A stretch of 57,929 nucleotides of DNA, filler included, from Streblomastix strix (lineage: Eukaryota), in the NCBI GenBank assembly GCA_008636045.1. It is 3 parts of 3 records of this genome, joined end to end, with 100 filler letters (N's around TTAATTAATTAA, not from the genome) between each part and the next. Parts side by side here need not be neighbours in the genome. Positions count along the whole stretch, not along the records: positions 1 to 19,249 come from SNRW01000529.1; 2 more parts are not named here. One strand, given 5' to 3'. Below the pieces are notes generated by a model that worked only from the letters and a program-made list of their open reading frames with translations, made no database searches and had not been told where the DNA came from. This document shows positions 1 to 13,729 of the stretch, in pieces; within the stretch, counting starts at the first letter, position 1; every line of letters starts with the position of its first letter. The position numbers were made by a program, and so were the translations under genes.

Positions 1-3000
1 ATCAATTTACTAATTATTCTCATTAATCTCCTGTTTCCCCATAAAGATATGCCACTACTTCTAATTTAGCTCCAATTAAATCAACTTCTCCAACATATAT
101 ATCACCAAATAGATTATATTCATCATAATTGTAATATAACCAATATCAGTAGTAGCATCAATCTCCTGTATAATCAATGCCATATATTACTACATCATAA
201 ACTTCATAATAATAATATTCACCTTCAAAGTTTAATGTACCATCAACTTCTAGTTTGATGCAGTAATAAACATATTCAACTACAACTTTTCCTACTTTTT
301 CTTAACCATCTTCTTCTTATACTTCAATAAATTAATCCAGAATCCAATCACCGACAAAACCAACATTCTCATCATAAACTTCATATTAAACACATTAATC
401 ATCTCCAAAACATAATACTCCTGTCTCATCTTCTTCTTCTAATTAGTATATATCATCAACATAAATGTCAGTTCCTCCTTAATAATAATCAAATACAAAA
501 GAATATATTTCATCTTCTTCATCTTCTTCTTTAAGTACTATTCCAATTTCGCCTACAAAATCCTAAATATCGTAATCATCTGCGAATTTACCTGTATAAT
601 CTACTTCATCTTCTTCTTTATTACAATAATCTTATGTTTCATCTACATCAATATCTGTTCCTTCAACATCTTCATTATTAAATTCTTCATAAAATTAAAT
701 TACATCTCCAACAAAGCTGAATTCAACTTCACCTGCAAAATCATAAATTTAATCATCATCTGCAAATTTACCTGTATAATCTACTTCTTCGTCATCTTCA
801 TAATAATTAATTAATTAACCACAAACTTCGACAAAGTAACTTTTGCCCTCATCTTCTTCATAATTCAACTCATATACATCACTTTCTATCTCATAATCAG
901 CTTATTTACCCAAATCTTCATTATCAGCATCTTCTACTGCTACATCTTCAATTTTACCATCAAATTCTTCATCTTCTTCATCTTCAATTGTTATTCCAAC
1001 TTAATCATCTTCTTTAAATTAAATTATTCCTTCATCTTCTTCTTCATCTTCATCATCTTCATCATCATCATCTTCATCTTCTTCTTCTTCATCATCATCT
1101 TCATCTTCTTCTTCTGATTTGAATACTTAATCATTTGAATATATTGTACCTTAATCAACTCTTTCTTTAAAATAAATTCCATAATCATTATCTTCTTCAA
1201 ATTTAACTAAATCATCAACTACTGTTCTTCCATCAGTAGGTTCATAATTAACATTATCTATTAAGCATTTATCATAGAATATTAATAAATTGCAGCAATT
1301 GTAAACTTAATAAGACGAAGAAATTAAGAATAATTAATAAAATGATGATGAAATAAATCGGAAATTTGTATTAAGTGAATAATAAATATTATAATAGCAA
1401 AAAGAAGAAGAATTTATATTAAACTAATAGAAAGAAAAACCAAAACAATCAGAATCTTAACTTCATATACAACAATAATCATAAAACCAACTAACTCAAT
1501 TACAAAATCAACAATAATCATAAAATTAAATAACTGAAAAATAATAATAATCTTCATCTTCATCATCTTTCACACTTCCACCTTCACTTCCAATAACTCC
1601 GCCTCCTTAACCTGAAAAATAGAAATAAAAACCAGAAAAAGCTTCATCTTCATCTTATTTATTAATATAACCTACTTCTTCATCTTTATCTTAACAATTA
1701 TTATAACAATCATCTACATAATAATTATCATCTAATTAATAAATATACCCATCTTCTTCATCATCATCATCGATATAATAGTTGGATTTACAAACAAAAT
1801 AATAATAATAACAATAATAACAATAGAAACCTTCTTCCACAATATCCTTATTCTAATCATAAACATCTTTATCTCCTAAATTGTCTAATTCAAAGCAATA
1901 ATTATCAAATATTAATATCAACAATAATTTCAATAATAATAAAAATATTCAACCTTCCAATATACAATATGTAGAGAACAAAAAGATCGAATCTCTCAAT
2001 AAACAGACATACTGGGAATAAAAAGACCAATAAATATACAACTCAAGAATCGGAAATGTATCGAATTCGCCTCCAAGAAATCCTTCTCCACCACATTCTC
2101 CGTATACACTGTACTAATTATAGGAAATAATGCTCAATAAGAATATGAATATAAATAATGATAGGTATAGTAATAATAATGGTATTAATTAATAGAATGA
2201 TGGTAAATTGATTGATTTTGAGTCTAAATACAAGAAATATCACGAAATTAATGATGTTTAGAGGATTGATGATGAAGAGAATTTGAATGGAGGTATTTAT
2301 AATATATTTATTATTGTTTATTATTAATTATTTTCTTAAATATTTTCTAAATTTTATTTTTTTTATAATAATTTCAGATTCTCATTCATTTGCTAAATTA
2401 TTACAATAAGGAACACCAAACACGCAAATAGCAAAACTCAATTTAAATTCAAATCAATAAGAAGATTTATAATAACAGTAATAATATCGATATATAAACA
2501 AACCTTCTACTTAATCATCATCATCATCTTCATCATCTTCTTCTTCTTCATAATAATAATTTTCAACAAATTCTCCTTTTGCTACAAAATAATAATAATA
2601 ATAATAATCAACTTCATAATTATTATCTTCCTCATATCAACCATAGTTTACTTCATCCTCTCCATTCCAATTATCTTTACATTAACAATAAAATCAACCT
2701 CAATCTTTGAGCTAAAATTTAAACTAAAACTAAACCTAAAATAAATATTTATCATCATCTTCATCATCATCTTATTCCAATCAATCTTCATCTCTTCTCA
2801 CATCTCCTCCAGACACTGGTCTCCCATCTTTATCATTTCCATCTTCAGTAAAGAAAGGTTCACTCAGACCCTAAGTCAGTATTGTTATTGATGACAGTGC
2901 ATTATATGATAATACAATATAATAATAATAGTAATTATAATAACAATAATAGTAATTAATATATAGTAGATCTTCAGATGGTTTAAGACCAAATCAGCAG

Positions 3001-3315
3001 TTGAATAATATGAATAATCGAACACAGTCTGATGATGGCGCTCCTTCGCTTTCATTTCCGTCTTCTATTAAAAGAGGAGATTTGAATCCAAATGCATATC
3101 AGTAAAGATCGGAATATGATTCTGATAACAATAATAACAACAATAACACAATATCTTCTTTCCTATCTGTGAACTCGTACAATTATTAATTTAATAGAAC
3201 ATTATAATCTGGTCCATTAGCTCCTTAGCCAGTAATTAAGGGATAGTAGAACGAAAGAAGGTAGATGTTTATTCCAAAAGAATAAATGAATATTAATTAT
3301 GGGAATAGAAAATGA
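1..3315 (+). CDS. S/Q/P-rich low-complexity hypothetical protein, 5'-partial, one intron (2293-2377)
   Basis: Frame from nt 3 reads QFTNYSHQSPVSPQRY... with TAR=Gln. A GT..AG intron at 2293-2377 joins it to a second exon ending NYGNRK-TGA at 3313-3315. Internal repeats PSLSFPSSVKKG / PSLSFPSSIKRG. Confidence 0.75.
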
Positions 3316-3839
3316 AAAGAGGAATTTAAAGAGGGATTTTTAATTTCATATTTACTTTTTTTTATTTTAGTTTGAATTTATTACCCTAATTAACTTGAAA
3401 TAAAATCAAATTTATTTAGAAACACAATTTGTAGTTTGCTGATATGAATTGGAAAATAATTCTTTTTTTAAAAATTAAACTCATTCTTTTAAATGAAATT
3501 GAGGTTAATTCGCTACTTTTGATTTATCAATATTTCCCTTGTTTTGAAATATTTTTTTTCAATCAAACGTTAGAGTCCAGCTTTTATTATTATTTATTGT
3601 TTTATAATTACAGAATAAAACACTCTTATATGTCTTACAATTAGATCTCAAGCTGCAAAAGCTTAAAAATCATTCGGAGAAAATTTGAGCATTTTCCAAT
3701 CATCTATTGACTTATTGCCTTTAATTTAAAATTATACTGATCTAACTTTAATTTTTAATAATTTTGCTACATTTTTGATTCGATTATTATTATGTTCAAC
3801 GATATATTTAACTTTTTTTAATTATTAAGAATATAAATA

Positions 3840-6800
3840 ATGGCAGGATATATCCGATTTCATCTGTTTTAAATTTTAATAACGCTACTCATTCTCATTT
3901 CAATCGTTAATTGCCCCGAGATTTTGAGCAAGGCCAACACGGGGACATGCTTTCCAATTTGTAGAGCGTTATCTTCCACTTCAGTAGTTGAGGGGTCCTG
4001 CTAGTGCTCAAGGTTCAGTCACCCAACTGGGTGCAAGTGTCCTGAAAAATCATATGGGAAATACCCGGAATGCCTTTAAGACTAAATGCTACAAAAACTA
4101 CCCTTCTGCAATGAAAGTTCAGGTATTTCAGTGCCATCAAACACTTGCAAATGCATAGATGGATACACGCCAGTGGGTTGCAATTGCTCCAATATGCCTG
4201 ATTTATTGGGTGGCATTCCAAAAGAGATATGCCCCTGCCTTGCCTAAGGTTTGCTTTATTGAAATTAATTATTATAATAGAAATGCAATTTAAAATATTA
4301 TCAATTTAATTATTATTATCAATTTTTATATAAAATCCTTCTTATTCTTCATTTATTTCAGGCGATGATATAAGAGGAGGCAATATCTGCCCAGTGACTC
4401 GTTTCTGTGGATATAAAGACAAACTAAATACACATTGTTTTTGCTCATCCAAATTTTCTGGGAATGGTTGTACATGCACACAAGATTATTTCCCAGATGG
4501 ATGTATATGCGACACGAATCCAGCAGCTGCTTATGATTTGGCAACTTGCCTTTCTACTAAACCATGTAATGGAGGAACATTCACTAATCCAACTCCTGCA
4601 GGTTGCACTCCAATTAATTGCTAATCTAAAACGCAGTCTTACAAATGCAAATGTAAACCAGGTAAAGATCCTTTTGGATGCGTCTGTCCAAGTGACCCAT
4701 AAGATTTGGCAGGAATATCGCCATAATCATGTGCATGTTAATTAACTGAAGATCCTCGTGCTGGTTCAACGTGCCCTGTTACTGAAGAATGTGAAAGCGG
4801 AGTACTTTATCCAATTCTTAGAGGATGTTTCTGCACCTCCAGCTATTAGCCAATTGGATGCACATGCCCAGCTAGTGGGTCAGATTTGGCTGGAATATCA
4901 ACACTATCTTGTCCATGCCGTGCAACTGAAGATATAAGAGCAGGAAGTACTTGTCCTGTTACTGAAGAATGCAGTGCAACACTTAATCCATCAATGAGAG
5001 GATGTTTCTGTACTGCTAGTTATTAGTAAGCTGAATGCACATGCCCAGTTGATTCTTCGAAACTAACAAGAATATCGACAACAGCGTGTGAATGCCGTTC
5101 AACAGCTGATCCAAGAGCTGATGGAACTACTTGTCCATATTATTGCACAGGACCTGATTAACCTAATGCTAATTGCGTATGCGATACAGGAATAAGTGCA
5201 TCATATCCTCTTTAATAATGCCAAAAAAGCAAAGTTTGCACGGGTCCTAATACTCCGATTGGTTGTACGCCAACATGTGCAGCAGATTCTGGAACAACAG
5301 TTACTCTCAATTCATGTTTCTGTACAAACACAAATTACCCAACTGGCTGTCGATGTCCAATTGATTCTTCTTAATTAGCAGGAATTCCATCAGATCGATG
5401 TGCTTGTCGTGATATTGATGATCCTCGTGCAGGTAGTACATGCAAAGTGACTGAAAATTGTATAAGTGGAATACTTGATCCATCAAAAAGAGGATGTTTC
5501 TGTACTGCTAGTTATTAATTGCCTGGATGCACATGCACATCAACATATTCATAAGATGGATGTGTATGCGATTTATTATCAACTACATATGATCCAACAG
5601 AATGTCTTGCAACGAAAACATGCACAGGAGGAACATTCACTGATCCAACACCTACTGGATGTACACCAACTGATTGTACATAATCAGATCAAAATTTCAA
5701 ATGCAACTGCAAACCTGGCTTTGATCCAGTTGGATGCATATGTCCAAGCGATTCTTCATAACTAACAGGAATATCGACAACAGCGTGTCCATGCCGTTCA
5801 ACAGCTGATCCTCGAGCTGGAGGCACTTGCTCTCCTTATTGCACAGGACCAGGTGAACCAATTATTAATTGCGTATGCAATACAAATCCAGATCAAACAA
5901 CAGGATATCCTCTATCAGATTGTTAAGCATCAAAAGTATGTACAGGGACTAATATTCCTGAAGGTTGTACACCAACATGCACACCAGATTCTGGTGGATC
6001 AGTATAATAAAACACCTGTTTCTGTACAAACACAAACCACCCAACTGATTGTAGATGTCCAATAGATCCATAAGACTTAGTTGATATTCTTACAAGTAGA
6101 TGTGAATGTCTTCCAAGTGGGGATCCTCGAGCTGGATCATAAACAATTGGAGCGCAATGCCCAATAACACGAGTATGCTAATTAAATGATGATTTAACAA
6201 CTCCATGCTTATGTTCATCAGACTTTTCTGGAGTTGGATGCACATGTACATCAACATATTCATAAGAAGGATGTGTATGTGATTTATTATCAACAACATA
6301 TAATCCAACAACATGTCTTGCAACAAAACTATGTACAGGAGGAACATTCACTGATCCAACTCCTAGTGGTTGTACTCCACCTGATTGTTCACCTTCAAGT
6401 CAAACATTCAAATGCAACTGCAAGAATGGCTTTGATCCAGTTGGATGTGTGTGCCCAGAGGATTCATAAGATTTGACAGGAATATCACCATAAGCATGCG
6501 AATGTATCTCAACTGGAGATATAAGAGCTGGAGACACATGTCCTATTACTCGCAAATGTAAACTTGGATCAGTTGAAACTGAATGTCTTTGTTCTGGATC
6601 TTATTCTGGTGTTGGATGTATATGTTCATTAGATTATCATCCATAAAACTGCATCTGTGATGATATTAGTGGTGCCGAATTTGGCTTAGAAGAATGCCAA
6701 AAGAGCAAGAAATGCACCAGTACCAATACTCCTGTTAACTGCACACCTGATTGTTTAGAGACAACAGGTTAGACGGTACAGACCGATTAGTGCATGTGCA

Positions 6801-9800
6801 GCTCAAATGATCATTCACCAACTGGATGCAGATGCCCACCAGATTGGTCATAATTAATTAGAATTCCTACTTCTAGGTGTCCATGTGTAGAAGGAGACAT
6901 TCGATCGACATCATCGGGTGGACCTCTGTGCCCAATTTACTGTACATAGTAATATCATTATCAAGATTGTATATGCAGTTTGGACAATAGTACTGATTTA
7001 AATATATAAGAATGTAGAGTAATTAAATTATGCACTGGAGGGACTTTCACTGATCCAACTCCTTATGGATGTAAAATATCTGATTGTAAAGTCACAAATT
7101 AAGATTATGCTTGTATATGCAATGAATAAATTCACCCAGATGGCTGTATTACGACATGCAATGCACCTTCAGATACATCAGTAACAGAAGATTCATGCAT
7201 TTGCACAACTTCCAATCACCCAGTAGGATGTAGGTGCCCAGATTCTGTTGAATAATTGGTCGATATTCCTGTTGCATAGTGTCCGTGTAGGTCAATTAAC
7301 GATCCAAGATAAGGTACTCTCTGTCCGAGATATTGCACAGATGAGGTTCATCCACCTGAATGTATCTGTAACGAATTCATGTATAACTCATTTACACCAA
7401 ACAATTGCAACTTTTCAAAAGTGTGCGATATTAACCATGAACCAAAAAATTGTTAGTCATTATGCAATGCATCTAGTAGCGATCCAATAAGCTATCCAGA
7501 AACATGCATATGCAACTAAGATTATAGTCCATCAGGATGCAGATGTGCATAAGGAGAATATCTTACTGGTCTTCCAAACACAACATGTCCATGTGTTGAA
7601 GGAGATATCAGAGCTGGAACTGGAGAATGTCCATCACTGTGTACAATAACGAGTCATCCACAAGATTGTACATGCCCAATTGATGATGAATCATTTACAT
7701 TGGAATAATGCAGAGCTACTAAGACATGTACTGCTGGAAACAATCCTTATAATTATAGGCCGCTTGGATGTTCGCTTGGATAATGTACAGCGGTTGATCA
7801 GGATTATGGATGTATTTGCACAACTGCATTCCATCCACCTGGTTGTACATGTCCAACAGATTTGGATGAATTGAAAGTATTTGATATTGCAGTGTGTCCA
7901 TGTGTAGAGAAAGATAAAAGATCAACTATTGAAGGTGGAAATCTCTGCCCTGCCAACTGCACATTTTCAAACTTTTTAACAAATAACTGTCTTTGTAATA
8001 GTGAAGATTAATCGTATGACTTGGAAGTATGCAGAAAAGCTAAGATATGTTCTGCTTAAAATGTTCCTGAAGGATGTACACCCATATGCTAAGCTGGATA
8101 ATTCCCAGAAACGCATAATTGTGTCTGTGCAGGTAGCGACACAGTATGTCTATAAGGTCGTCAACCATGTACGGGTTATTCTTACCCTAACCTATTACCA
8201 TTAGGATGCTATGAAGTTGGTTGTTCACCTTCATAACAATAGAATTGTATATGCGTTCCTGGATCTGATCAAAGTGGATGTTCCTGTTCTAAAGAATCTT
8301 ACCCGCAAAATTGTTCTTGTGGGATTCTCTAAAATGTTGACTTATCAACTCTGTAATGTTTTGCATTAAAAGTCTGCATTTCATTTGATTGGCCTCCAGG
8401 ATGTACAGATTATTGCACATATGATACTGATTTGACTGTTCTAAAAGATTCATGTTTCTGTAACGGCTTTGATCATTCACCAACAGGATGCTTATGTCCA
8501 TCATACGATATATTGAATGATTAAACACCCACTGACAGATGCCCATGTCTTCCAAGTGGAGATCCAAGAGCTGGATCTTAGATAGTTGGAGCGCAATGTC
8601 CAGCATATTGTTAATTCGCTGATTATCCTCCAAATTGCATTTGCGATCCAAGAGCTGATAACTCTTTTCCATATTAAGAATGTTTAGCTTCAAAACCTTG
8701 CACTGGAGGAAATTTCACTGATCCAACACCAACTGGTTGTACACCTGTTGCATGTGAATCTTCAACGCAAGGTTTTCCATGCATCTGCACTTCATCTAAT
8801 TCCCCGCCAGGATGTACACCCAATTGTACAACTGGATCAGATCCATCATTAATTCCATGCATGTGTAAATCTACTGATCAGCCATCTAATTGTATCTGCC
8901 CAACAACAGATCCAACTTAATTAGCTGGAATTCTTTAAGGTTAATGTGCATGTTTACCTTCTGGAGATCCAAGAGCTGATGGGATGACTTGTCCACTGTA
9001 CTGTTAATCTAAGGAATTATTGACTCCACAATGTTAATGCGACACTAAATCAGCAACTTATCTACCAGAAACATGTTTGATAGATAAACTATGCAAGTAT
9101 GATTTAGTGCATTAGTCAGAAGATGTCTGTCCGTGTGTAGCTAACGATCCAAGAGCTGGACAAGCGTGCCCTGTTACTGAAGATTGTATAAGTGGAATAC
9201 TTGAACCATAAGATAGAGGATGTTTCTGTACTGCTATTTATTAACCAAGTGGTTGCACATGCTCATCTACTGTCCATCCACCTTAATCAAACTGCTTATG
9301 CGATTAACATTAAAGTGCATCATATGATTTAACCACGTGTAGATCATCCAAAACATGCAATTCACTTGATATGGAATATAACCCATATCCACCTGGTTGT
9401 ACTCCATATTGTGCTGATGATTCTTCCTCAGAACCTCCCACAAATTGTGTTGCTTTAGATTGTTAGATTTCTTCTACTTCAAGTGCTTGTAAATGCACTC
9501 CATCACTTCATCCAAGTGGTTGTCAATGCTCTTCAGACTATTCAGACTAATAATGCACATGCGGGGTTATAACACAAGCTGATATACAATTAGAATAATG
9601 TAAGAAGAATAAATTTTGCACTGATGAAAATGATCCAGAAGGATGCACGCCATTATGTACATCTGCTGATACTGGACCAGTTATTCAAGATTCTTGCATA
9701 TGTTCAGGTTAGTTTAATCCTTTGGGGTGCAAATGCCCGAAAGATCCAGAAATGTTATTAACTATGTCTACCACACCGTGTACATGCATACCAGGTGATT

Positions 9801-9985
9801 GGAGAGAAGAATGTGGAGGCCCTCCTCTTTGTTTGCCTAATAATCATTAGCCCAATAATTGTCGTTGTACTCCATTAGATTCTCCAGTTGGATGCACCTG
9901 TCCAACTGATCCATCTTAATTAGCAGGAATCCCAACATCAGCCTGTCCCTGTTTAGCAACTGGTGATCCCAGAACAGAATGTTGA
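3840..9985 (+). CDS. Giant cysteine-rich repeat protein (~2000 aa) with signal peptide, likely secreted or surface; intron 4249-4361
   Basis: ATG at 3840 followed by a hydrophobic leader (ILITLLILISIVNC). Long exon 4362-9985 with recurring CxC units: HPTGCRCP, GDPRAGxxCP, CTGGTFTDPTPxGCTP. TGA at 9983-9985. Confidence 0.85.
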
Positions 9986-10733
9986 ACGAGATCATTGAGT
10001 AGCAGCAATCCTGATATCGCAAAAAAATGATAATCGACTTGATTTTTTGCGAAATCTTCACGTCACTGTAATATAACATGAGTTTCATACACTGACTGGA
10101 AGTACCAATGCCCGATGATTGGTATATAGATTTTAATCATAGTTTGTTAAAAATATAGTATAATAATAAAATAATAATTAATTAAATTAAATTAGAGCAG
10201 CTGGTTATAAATGTTAGGGGGGAAATTTTTATATTTCTATATTAAATAAAAGTTGAAAAAAAAATTATATTGGGAAAAAAAGTCGCCTTTGGTTCTAATA
10301 TATAAAGGATGGGTTTTAACTATTAGACTTATGGATCAAGCAAAGTTACAGATCCTAGACCGTTTTTTGAACAGGTCTTTTTAATTATTGAATGTTTAGC
10401 CATATTTTTAACAATTACTCGTGTCAAACTATACAGTTTTACTATATATATGCAAATTTGTACCAATTAGTGAATAAAAATATCTGAAATTTCAAATTCT
10501 TGATTTTGCGAAACAAATGTATTACAATTTTGTAATTAATATTTAACATGTCATATCAAAATCTTTAATTTGCATTTCTGTAATTCTTTCAATATATAGA
10601 ACTATTTATGCTAGAATCACAATTTTTTTTTCAAAAATGCTTTTTCTTCCCTATAGTATTATTTAATTTCAACTTGTAATATTCAAATCTTACTATTAAC
10701 ATATTTATTTTTTAATTTTTTATCTTAGAAGCA

Positions 10734-13729
10734 ATGTCACAACTTTCACGACTTATTAGAGAAATGATAGCTGCCCGAAATATTACGCGACTCCTTGAAT
10801 ATAAATCAATTTGTGATGATCTTCACGATGGCGCTTCAGAGAGCGAAGGTTTTAATTCAAATGAAAAACCCAGTGATTCCTTATACGAAGAGATGGTACG
10901 ATTGATTCGAAAAGAGAAACCTGAATACTTTTAAACTGTAGACAAAGGCGAGTTTAAAGAAGGTGTCTGGATGGGTTCTGTTCCTAAAGTTTACACAGTC
11001 AAAGAAATGGATGACGCTATTTTCACCCCAAAATTTGATGGATGCTCATGTGGTGTTATTCTCAGGAGGGATTAATAGAATTCTGAAAAGTTGAGAGTTT
11101 TTGTTTCATTTACAAAGAATTTATCATCAAGGTTCTAAATTGAAGATCAGAAAGAATATACTGAAAAGGTTAAGTTTCTAACATAAGATCTTGTCAATGC
11201 GTTAAACAAAGAAAAAGAATTCATCTTTTCTAACAGAAGTGACAAAGAAATTTGCTTAAAAGATTAGAAATCTATTGAAAGTGGAGTAATTGAATAATAA
11301 TAACCATTTCGCATGGATTAAATCACTCAAATGCATATTAGAGGAGAAAATGTACTAAAAGATAAGAATATTTCTGAAATAAATCACTATTCAGGTTATT
11401 CTGCATCAATATTAGCAAATGGAGAAAAGGCAATGAAAGAATGGGAAGAGAGGGAAAATAATATTCACTTTGTTCCATATGAAATTATGCTGATTTAATA
11501 TATTGAGAATATTGAAGAAATAAACGAAGAAAAGTTGAATGAAGATTAGATTGGAAAATTTGGAAAGAAAAAAAAGAAGAAGAAGTAAAATATGAAATAA
11601 AAATAAGAATTGAAGTAAATTGTAAAGAATTATATTCCAACGCAGATTGAAGTTATTGATCTTTTCAAGAAACTTGGTTTGCTTTATGAATATTAAATAA
11701 TAGAAATTAATAAATAAAATAAATATATATAATTAATATATATAATTTTTAATAATTATATTTATATTTATAATTTTATTATAATAATTTATTAATAAGG
11801 ATTCTTCCCTTTTGAAGCAAGGAGGATGAAACTTGAATCTAATTCGCTCAATAAAATCAAGGTTTAAAACCAATAAAAAAATTTATTTATATATTTAAAA
11901 ATCGATTAAATCAATACATTTTTATTAATCCATTTATATAATTATAACAAATTAATATAATTTATCATATTTAATAGCAATATTATTTAGATATGAGTAA
12001 ATAATTGAAAGAACCGCTTGACGGAGTTGTCTATTGCAACTCAGATTGGAAATACCCATCAAATGGAAAAAGATCACAAGGTTGTAATCTATAATTATAT
12101 CTATCTGTAAAACTACTTAATTATATTATATAATATATAAATATTATTATATATAATATTATTTATTTTTGCATTAATTAGTGAAGTATGGCAAGTATGC
12201 ATGGAAACCTACAACAGAAGCTACAACTCGAATTACAAGTTATGTACAATTTTGATTTTTGTTTTGTTTTATTATTTAATTTTTTAATATTGTCCGCAAT
12301 TTTATTCATTTATTCTTTATTATTTTAATATTTAGATATTAAGCCTTGTGAGAATCAAGATTTAATGATAATTGAATTCGAACCAATATAATTAGAAGGA
12401 AGAATATTAAAATAAATGAAAAAATAAAGAATCTTTTTATAAAGATCACAAATTCGCATTGGAAATAATAATAAGGAAAATATCAGAGAAAAATATTAAG
12501 AAGAGATTTAGATAGATAATTCAAATGAGAGATAAATTGAGAATGAATAAGAGAAAGAATAATAGAAAGAGTAAAAGAAAGAATAAGAATAAGAGAATGA
12601 ATAAGAGAAAGAATAAGAGAAAGAATAAGAATAAGAGAAAGAATAAAAGAAAGAATAAGTATAAGAATAAAAGAAAGAATAATATGAATAAAAAGATGTT
12701 TAAGTGAAAAAGAGTAAAAAACAAAGAAAAAATGAAAGAAAAAATTAACAATAAAAAGAAGAATAGTAGATAGAATTAGAGAAAGAATAAGAGAAAGAAT
12801 AAGAGAAAGAATAATAGAAAGATTAAAGAAAAGAATAATAGAAAGAATAAGAGAAAGAATAAGAGTAAAAGAATGAATTAGAGAAAGAATAAGAGAATGA
12901 ATTAGAATAAGAGAAATAAAAAGATGTTCAAGTGAAAAAGAGTAAAAAACAAAGAAAAAATGAAAGAAAAAAACTACAATAAAAAGAAGATTAAGAGAAA
13001 GAATAAGAATAAGAGAAAGAATAATAGAAAGTATAATAGAAAGAATAAGAGAAAGAATAAGAGAAAGAATAAAAGAAAGAACAAGTGAAAGAATAAGAGA
13101 AAGAATAAGAACAAGAGAGGGAATAAAAATAAGAGAATGAATAAGAATAATATGAATTAAAAGATGTTCTAGTGAAAAAGAGTAAAAAACAAAGAATAAG
13201 AGAAAGAAAAAGAAAGTTGAAGGAAGAAGAAATAAAATAATAGAAAGATAAAGAATAAGAGAATGAGATAAAGATTAAAGATAAATCAAATAATAAATTT
13301 ACCAATTAATCTTCTTCCCTTTAATCTACTAAACAAATCCAAGCAAAATTATCTTCCAAAACTCAACAAATATTGCCACAAAAAGAATCTTCATCATCTT
13401 AAACCATCAAATAAATACAGAGTAAATAATATTCCGTATAATAGTCCTAGAATTAAGATGAGTAAAAATTAAGTAAGAATTAGAAGAAAAAATAAAGATA
13501 AAGGAAAAAGAAAGAAAAAGAAGCAAATTGTGAGATTGAAACATTCGAATAACAAAAAACTAGTATATAAATGAATGATGATGGTTCGCAATTTAAATTA
13601 ATAATTGTATTATTTTTGTGAATGTTTTTATAATATTTATTATTTTATTATTGAATAGAATATCATGTTGGAGATTTTATAACTTTATGGATAAATTTTG
13701 ATGGTGTTCCAATGAGAATAATAGAATGA
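10734..13729 (+). CDS. NAD+-dependent DNA ligase (LigA)-like protein: Ia + adenylation + OB domains, about 5 introns, long E/K/Q insertion
   Basis: Motifs in LigA order: PSDSLYE (Ia), MGSVPK, TPKFDG (KxDG at 11031-11042), HIRGE (11334-11348), IHFVPYEI, FKKLGF, EPLDGVV (~12010-12031), KYAWKP (~12193-12210), then OB-like FEPIQLEG and HVGDFITL...GVP. GT-AG introns at about 11677-11799, 11862-11977, 12082-12181, 12239-12335 and 13584-13658. Confidence 0.75.
12530..13300 (+). repeat. Coding EQEK-type microsatellite-like tract with ~230-240 bp higher-order units
   Basis: gagaaagaataa repeats; the aaagatgtt..agtgaaaaagagtaaaaaacaaaga block recurs near 12691, 12919 and 13159. Confidence 0.8.

Noticed and set aside
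1..1250. D/E-rich protein on the minus strand
   Set aside because: Antisense shadow of the + strand Ser-rich frame, which has a coherent intron and stop.
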